Virus record (IMG/VR): IMGVR_UViG_3300042453_002018
Span: 1 to 64,000 of that record
Strand: one strand, 5' to 3'
Source: a virus
Lineage: Duplodnaviria > Caudoviricetes
Length of the DNA: 64,000 bases
Positions 60,016 to 64,000 of the stretch are shown here, in pieces. The notes under the pieces were generated by a model. The model searched no databases and was not told the DNA's origin. It was given only the letters and a program-made list of their open reading frames with translations. Every line of letters begins with the position of its first letter. Position 1 is the stretch's first letter. Position numbers and translations under genes: made by a program.

Positions 60016-60186
60016 ATGGATCAGATAGATAAAATTATGGCTTTTGAATCTGGTGAACTAGATTTTGATGCTACTGTCGAATTGTTTCAAGACTTGATTG
60101 ATTCTGGTCTAGCGTGGCAATTGCAAGGTTCGTATGGTCGTATGGCAAGTGCATTGATTGAGAATGGATATTGTGACCGATGGTAG
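60016..60186 (+). CDS. small hypothetical protein
   Basis: GGAGG SD; FQDLIDSGLAWQLQGSYGR. Confidence 0.7.
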   Translation: MDQIDKIMAFESGELDFDATVELFQDLIDSGLAWQLQGSYGRMASALIENGYCDRW

Positions 60187-60566
60187 GCAACGAAAAAATT
60201 GTAGCCAATCGAATTCGGACACCTGATGGTACGATTCTTGAATCAATGCATCGGCATGATTATGTAACTTATCTTGATGCAAATGGTAAAGAATATATGG
60301 TCGATGGTGGTCTAGACTATCTGCGCCGCAATGTACATGATGATGCACCGTATCAAGAATTATCGGTGTATGCTGATGACCTTCACATTGAAATCCGCAA
60401 TGTATTCAAGTGGGGTACACGTGGTAAAGACGGCAAACAACCTTTGACATATGTACCACTCAAAGACTTGACAACAGAACACATTGAAGCTATACTAGAT
60501 ACTCAATCACATATTCAAGAACACATTCGAAAAATATTTTTGAATGAATTGAGTTTTCGGGGTTAA
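60180..60566 (+). CDS. hypothetical protein
   Basis: SMHRHDY...VDGGLDYLRR, WGTRGKDG. Confidence 0.75.
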   Translation: MVGNEKIVANRIRTPDGTILESMHRHDYVTYLDANGKEYMVDGGLDYLRRNVHDDAPYQELSVYADDLHIEIRNVFKWGTRGKDGKQPLTYVPLKDLTTEHIEAILDTQSHIQEHIRKIFLNELSFRG

Positions 60567-60584
60567 AGTTTTATATATAGAGAT

Positions 60585-60680
60585 ATGAACAAAATTGTAC
60601 ACATTACGAAGGATTGCCAAGAGTATCGCACATTTAGCGATAATAACTCATGGGCACCCGCATCGGAGGTTTGTGTATAG
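60585..60680 (+). CDS. putative attenuator leader peptide (31 aa) upstream of tRNA cluster
   Basis: MNKIVHITKDCQEYRTFSDNNSWAPASEVCV*; 3' end complementary to the 5' arm of the terminator. Confidence 0.6.
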   Translation: MNKIVHITKDCQEYRTFSDNNSWAPASEVCV

Positions 60681-60706
60681 ATTGTAGTTTAGTTCAGACT
60701 GTATAC

Positions 60707-60745
60707 AAACCCCAAAGCCCACAAAGTTTTGGGGTTTTTTGTTTT
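60707..60745 (+). terminator. intrinsic terminator (attenuator) directly before tRNA-Pro
   Basis: AAACCCCAAAGC-ccacaaa-GTTTTGGGGTTT followed by TTTGTTTT. Confidence 0.85.
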
Positions 60746-60749
60746 ATAA

Positions 60750-60828
60750 CTGGGTGTATTGTCAGCCTGGTCAGACGGCTCGCCTTGGAAGTGAGAGGAC
60801 GCAGGTTCAAATCCTGCCACCCAGACCA
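60750..60828 (+). tRNA. tRNA-Pro(TGG)
   Basis: CTCGC-ctTGGaa-GTGAG, CCA. Confidence 0.92.
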
Positions 60829-60840
60829 AAAAAAAAGTAG

Positions 60841-60869
60841 TTGACAGAGTTTTGGTTGTTGTGTAGAAT
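60841..60869 (+). promoter_or_regulatory. sigma70-type promoter of tRNA operon
   Basis: A tract, TTGACA-17-TAGAAT. Confidence 0.85.
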
Positions 60870-60886
60870 GATGTTTGTTGATTGAT

Positions 60887-60898
60887 TGTTCTTTAAAA
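60887..60898 (+). promoter_or_regulatory. boxA-like antitermination site
   Basis: TGTTCTTTAAAA versus rrn boxA TGCTCTTTAACA. Confidence 0.7.
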
Positions 60899-60910
60899 AA
60901 TTTGTGACAT

Positions 60911-60985
60911 GCACCGTTCGTCTATCGGTTAGGACATTGCCCTTTCACGGCAGTAAGAGGAGTTCGATTCTCCTACGGTGTACCA
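60911..60985 (+). tRNA. tRNA-Glu(TTC)
   Basis: TTGCC-ctTTCac-GGCAG, CCA. Confidence 0.93.
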
Positions 60986-60995
60986 ATTATAGTAT

Positions 60996-61072
60996 GGGTG
61001 TGTAACTCAGTTGGTTAGAGTATCAGACTTTTAATCTGAGAGTCGTGAGTTCGAATCTCACCACACCTACCA
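60996..61072 (+). tRNA. tRNA-Lys(TTT)
   Basis: TCAGA-ctTTTaa-TCTGA, CCA. Confidence 0.95.
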
Positions 61073-61135
61073 TATTGAAGCACATTGGCTTGTAAAGCGG
61101 TGAAGTATTCGTAAAGTTAGTGTGTTTCAATATGG
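61070..61135 (+). repeat. CCATATTGAAG...TTCAATATGG hairpin element 1
   Basis: Long terminal inverted repeat shared with two other copies. Confidence 0.75.
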
Positions 61136-61210
61136 CACTTTAGTTCAGTTGGTCAGAACGCTGCCCTGTCACGGCAGAGGTCAGGGATTCGAATTCCCTA
61201 AGTGTCGCCA
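61134..61210 (+). tRNA. tRNA-Asp(GTC)
   Basis: CTGCC-ctGTCac-GGCAG, CCA. Confidence 0.93.
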
Positions 61211-61216
61211 GAATAT

Positions 61217-61292
61217 TGACCGAAACGCACAACGGTGTGCGGCCAGACTGTTAATCTGTGTGAGACAGGTTCGATCCCTGTTCGGTCAGCCA
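61217..61292 (+). tRNA. tRNA-Asn(GTT), atypical D arm
   Basis: CAGA-ctGTTaa-TCTG, TTCGA T loop, CCA. Confidence 0.8.
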
Positions 61293-61293
61293 A

Positions 61294-61478
61294 GTTCCGG
61301 TTACTACTTTCCTGAAAGTAGCGTGTAACGACGATAATTGTTCGGTGGCTATGGCACCGTTAGCGCAGTCGAATGCAGACAACATAGCAGCGTGGACACT
61401 ACGTAGCAAAGTGCTTTTAGTGTTCGGACAGGGAAACAACTCCAGCATAGGGGCGACCGTGGAAAGCGTGGCCTAAGC
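61294..61478 (+). ncRNA. candidate structured ncRNA within tRNA cluster
   Basis: GC-elevated non-coding stretch with several hairpins. Confidence 0.45.
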
Positions 61479-61604
61479 AATATTAAATTTGCAGTTTGTA
61501 AGCCATGGGCTTGATCATGCCTGAGTAACTATGTACACACACGGTAAGTCCAGCTGGCAATTCCGTTGAGCATAGCAAATAGTGCAGACTGCAATTCTAA
61601 TATT
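61479..61604 (+). ncRNA. candidate stem-closed ncRNA within tRNA cluster
   Basis: TTGCAGTTTGTA/TGCAGACTGCAA closing stem flanked by AATATT. Confidence 0.5.
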
Positions 61605-61606
61605 GT

Positions 61607-61680
61607 TGGGGATTGGTGAAATGGTATCACACTGGATTTTGATTCCAAGGTCGTAAGTTCGATTCTTACATCCCCTGCCA
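61607..61680 (+). tRNA. tRNA-Gln(TTG)
   Basis: TGGA-ttTTGat-TCCA, CCA. Confidence 0.9.
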
Positions 61681-61687
61681 GTATTAT

Positions 61688-61771
61688 GGGTAACGAGCAG
61701 CATTGGTGACTGCACCTGACTGTAAATCAGACGCTTCGGCATACTTGGTTCGACTCCGAGGTTACCCACCA
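61688..61771 (+). tRNA. tRNA-Tyr(GTA)
   Basis: CTGA-ctGTAaa-TCAG, variable arm, CCA. Confidence 0.92.
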
Positions 61772-61772
61772 A

Positions 61773-61848
61773 CGGTCTTTAGTAAAATGGATTATTACGG
61801 TGGGCTACGGACCCGCAGGTGGGAGTTCGATTCTCTCAAGACCGTCCA
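61773..61848 (+). tRNA. tRNA-Arg(ACG)
   Basis: GTGGG-ctACGga-CCCGC, CCA. Confidence 0.9.
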
Positions 61849-61922
61849 TATTGAAGTGTACTCTTTGAGGTCTTGGTCGTTACCAGCGTAGCAAAAACGG
61901 CGACAGAGTACACTTCAATGTG
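61846..61922 (+). repeat. CCATATTGAAG...TTCAATGTG hairpin element 2
   Basis: CATATTGAAGTGTACTCT/AGAGTACACTTCAATGTG stem. Confidence 0.8.
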
Positions 61923-61927
61923 AGAGT

Positions 61928-62024
61928 CCATATTGAAGTGTTGTTTAGGGTGGCATGTAAAAGTTTAACAAGACTTTGAGGGCTGGAATTCCCGATCTGT
62001 GAACAGCAGAACACTTCAATATGG
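61928..62024 (+). repeat. CCATATTGAAG...CTTCAATATGG hairpin element 3
   Basis: CCATATTGAAGTGTT/AACACTTCAATATGG perfect 15-bp stem. Confidence 0.8.
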
Positions 62025-62098
62025 GGGATTGGTGCTAATTGGGAACACATGTGCTTTGCAAGCATGAGTAAGCAGTTCGAATCTGCTATCCTCCACCA
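62023..62098 (+). tRNA. tRNA-Ala(TGC)
   Basis: TGTGC-ttTGCaa-GCATG, G3:U70, CCA. Confidence 0.9.
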
Positions 62099-62108
62099 AA
62101 GTTTTATT

Positions 62109-62184
62109 GCCGATTTAGCTCATCTGGTAGAGCAGGCGCCTTGTAAGCGTCAGGTGGTGGGTTCAAGTCCTGCAATCGGCACCA
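62109..62184 (+). tRNA. tRNA-Thr(TGT)
   Basis: GGCGC-ctTGTaa-GCGTC, CCA. Confidence 0.94.
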
Positions 62185-62190
62185 GACTAT

Positions 62191-62266
62191 CGCAGAGTAT
62201 GGAAGTGGTCATCCGCTTGGTCTCATAAGCCGAGAATCGCAGGTTCGAATCCTGCCTCTGCAACCA
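62191..62266 (+). tRNA. initiator-type tRNA-fMet(CAT)
   Basis: C1:A72 mismatch, ctCATaa loop, CCA. Confidence 0.85.
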
Positions 62267-62279
62267 TTATAGGTGAATC

Positions 62280-62747
62280 ATGAAAAAAGAAATTGATGTG
62301 AACGAAGTGGCTGCATTTCTTGATACGTGTGGTCCTGATACGAAAGTTTATATTGGTGCTGATTCTGAGCGTTTTCAAGTAAACGGTGAATGGTATGCTG
62401 ATTACATTCTTGCTGTTGTTGTTCATATCGATGGTCGTCATGGTTGCAAGATATTTGGTGCAGTCCAGCGTGAGCGTGATTTTGAACAAAAGAAAAATCG
62501 TCCACGTTTTCGTTTGATGAATGAAGTATACAAAGTAGCTGATTTATATTTGAAATTGTATGAAGCAATACCACATGATATTCAAGTGCATTTAGATATT
62601 AATCCAAGTGAGATGCATGGTAGTTCGTGCGTAGTAAACGAAGCAATTGGTTATATCAAAGGTACTTGTAATGTCGTACCATTGATCAAGCCAAAAGCTT
62701 TTGCTGCAAGTTATGCAGCCGATAGATTTAAAAGTTTAGTAGCGTAA
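62280..62747 (+). CDS. RNase H-like YkuK family protein
   Basis: VYIGADS, RLMNEV, VHLDIN, ASYAAD. Confidence 0.8.
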   Translation: MKKEIDVNEVAAFLDTCGPDTKVYIGADSERFQVNGEWYADYILAVVVHIDGRHGCKIFGAVQRERDFEQKKNRPRFRLMNEVYKVADLYLKLYEAIPHDIQVHLDINPSEMHGSSCVVNEAIGYIKGTCNVVPLIKPKAFAASYAADRFKSLVA

Positions 62748-62748
62748 T

Positions 62749-62822
62749 CTCGGTGTAGTTTAATGGCAGAACCACGGTCTCCAAAACCGTATGTGGGAGT
62801 TCGATTCTCTCCACCGAGGCCA
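62749..62822 (+). tRNA. tRNA-Trp(CCA)
   Basis: ACGGT-ctCCAaa-ACCGT, CCA. Confidence 0.93.
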
Positions 62823-62824
62823 AT

Positions 62825-62899
62825 GGTGTCTATGGTGTAGTGGTAGCATTACTCTCTGTGAAAGAGTAGGTACGGGGTCGGTACCCGTTAGACACCCCA
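62825..62899 (+). tRNA. tRNA-His(GTG), atypical T loop
   Basis: G-1:C73, ACTCT-ctGTGaa-AGAGT, T loop GTCGGTA, CCA. Confidence 0.85.
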
Positions 62900-62903
62900 A
62901 TTT

Positions 62904-62977
62904 TGTCCTGTAGTTAAATGGTATAACTGTCGATTGATAATCGACCATTACAAGTTCAATTCTTGTCGGGACAACCA
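62904..62977 (+). tRNA. tRNA-Ile(GAT)
   Basis: GTCGA-ttGATaa-TCGAC, CCA. Confidence 0.9.
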
Positions 62978-62979
62978 AT

Positions 62980-63054
62980 GGTAGTGTAGCATAACGGTAG
63001 TGCGCCACCTTCATACGGTGTCAGGTGTAAGTTCGAATCTTACCACTACTACCA
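62980..63054 (+). tRNA. tRNA-Met(CAT), elongator
   Basis: CACC-ttCATac-GGTG, CCA. Confidence 0.88.
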
Positions 63055-63055
63055 T

Positions 63056-63131
63056 GCGCTGGTGACGGAACGGTATACGTGTTGGTCTTAGAAACCAAAT
63101 TTTGAGAGTTCGAATCTCTCCTAGCGCACCA
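63056..63131 (+). tRNA. tRNA-Leu(TAG) with short variable loop
   Basis: TTGGT-ctTAGaa-ACCAA, 5-nt variable loop, A73, CCA. Confidence 0.85.
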
Positions 63132-63155
63132 TATAAGTATCGCGTGTGAGGCTGT

Positions 63156-63230
63156 GCATCGTTAGTTCAGCGGTAGAATCCCTGCCTTACAAGCAGGTTG
63201 TCGGTGGTTCGAATCCATCACGATGCACCA
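63156..63230 (+). tRNA. tRNA-Val(TAC)
   Basis: CCTGC-ctTACaa-GCAGG, CCA. Confidence 0.94.
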
Positions 63231-63235
63231 ATTAT

Positions 63236-63313
63236 GCAACGGTGGCAGAGTGGCCCAATGCAAGAGTCTGCAAAACTCTAAAACCGTCGGTTCAAATCCG
63301 ACCCGTTGCTCCA
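63236..63313 (+). tRNA. tRNA-Cys(GCA)
   Basis: AGAGT-ctGCAaa-ACTCT, U73, CCA. Confidence 0.93.
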
Positions 63314-63318
63314 GTTAG

Positions 63319-63406
63319 GGAAGTGTGGATGAGTGGTTTAAATCAGCAGTCTTGAAAACTGCCGATCAGAAATGATCCGTGAGTTCGAATCTCACCGCTT
63401 CCGCCA
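63319..63406 (+). tRNA. tRNA-Ser(TGA)
   Basis: GCAGT-ctTGAaa-ACTGC, long variable arm, CCA. Confidence 0.94.
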
Positions 63407-63421
63407 TTTAAAGGAAAAATT

Positions 63422-63826
63422 ATGTTAGAATGTTTAATTGTTGGTGATAGCATCGGTGTTGGTGTGAGTCAAGTTCGTAGGGAGTGTGTTGCATATGTGA
63501 AGAGTGGTATCAATTCACATAATTGGAATAAAATCTATATGAATAAACTACAACCGACAAAAACTTTGATTATCAGTCTTGGTGCAAATGATTTAGGTAT
63601 CAACACAGAAGGAAATATTCGGTCATTACGAACAAATGCACAAGCACAAAAAGTTTTTTGGCTTTTACCGAGTCAAAAATTGAAGCCAAAACAAGTAGAA
63701 GCAGTAAAACAAGTCGCAGCAGAGTTTGGAGATGTAGTAATTTCTCGACCAGAGAGTGATATTAGTGCGGATGGTGTACATCCTACTGGAAAAGGTTACA
63801 AAAAACTTGCGGATCAGACACGGTAA
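63422..63826 (+). CDS. SGNH/GDSL hydrolase
   Basis: VGDSI, G, LGAND, DGVHP. Confidence 0.88.
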   Translation: MLECLIVGDSIGVGVSQVRRECVAYVKSGINSHNWNKIYMNKLQPTKTLIISLGANDLGINTEGNIRSLRTNAQAQKVFWLLPSQKLKPKQVEAVKQVAAEFGDVVISRPESDISADGVHPTGKGYKKLADQTR

Positions 63827-63913
63827 GTTGGATGAGAGGCTTAAATCAGCGGTTTGCTAAACCGTCGAGCGTAGAAATACGTTCCGTGGGTTCAAATCCC
63901 ACACTTACCGCCA
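63822..63913 (+). tRNA. tRNA-Ser(GCT)
   Basis: GCGGT-ttGCTaa-ACCGT, long variable arm, CCA; overlaps SGNH stop codon. Confidence 0.93.
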
Positions 63914-63919
63914 TTATAA

Positions 63920-63948
63920 TTGACAAAATTTGAGTTTTCTGACATAAT
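63920..63948 (+). promoter_or_regulatory. sigma70-type promoter for an ORF running off the window (ATG63959)
   Basis: TTGACA-17-CATAAT. Confidence 0.7.
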
Positions 63949-64000
63949 AGAGTCTATCATGAGTACGAAAAACACGAAAAAATTGCAAAAGCCGCGAAAT

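Larger units (their letters stand above)
47671..60566 (+). other. early (host-takeover) region of dozens of short hypothetical ORFs in promoter-headed cassettes
   Basis: Densely packed 40-180 aa + strand ORFs with overlapping starts/stops; repeated TTGACA promoters. Confidence 0.8.

Noticed and set aside
61070-62024. CRISPR array (recurring CCATATTGAAG)
   Set aside because: Only three copies, irregularly spaced, each with its own inverted partner and separated by tRNAs; no cas genes in the window.
179-63355. Numerous minus-strand and alternate-frame ORFs in the ORF track (e.g. 48148-48837, 55982-56491, and ORFs over tRNAs)
   Set aside because: They shadow well-supported + strand genes or tRNAs and lack SD sequences and recognisable motifs.

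Overview
A 64-kb segment of a large T4-like dsDNA phage genome, AT-rich and coded almost entirely on the + strand. The host is probably a (freshwater) betaproteobacterium; this is inferred from the ErpA, PstS, porin and PBP7-like genes and two-component spanins. Contents in order: (1) hsp20 and the T4-type replication core (dCMP deaminase, gp43, uvsX, gp40, gp41); (2) a glyco-/C7-cyclitol modification cluster with an EEVS-like sedoheptulose-7-P cyclase, kinase, nucleotidyltransferase and SDR; (3) modular late 'polyproteins' with capsid-targeting-like N-termini and repeated EEVEQLDE linkers, one carrying a HicA domain; (4) a lysis cassette (spanins, GH19 endolysin, holin candidates); (5) primase, HNH, thyX, nrdA/trx/nrdB, pstS plus a phosphate porin, GmhA and a PBP7-like peptidase; (6) an early region of small ORFs behind repeated sigma70 promoters; (7) 23 tRNA genes interleaved with unexplained structured RNAs. 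The most novel candidate lies just upstream of the main tRNA cluster: a 31-codon leader ORF using 18 of 20 amino acids, with mutually exclusive antiterminator/terminator hairpins. It looks like a ribosome-sensing attenuator that would switch on phage tRNAs when any host tRNA is depleted. All calls come from reading motifs by eye; no database searches or folding programs were run.
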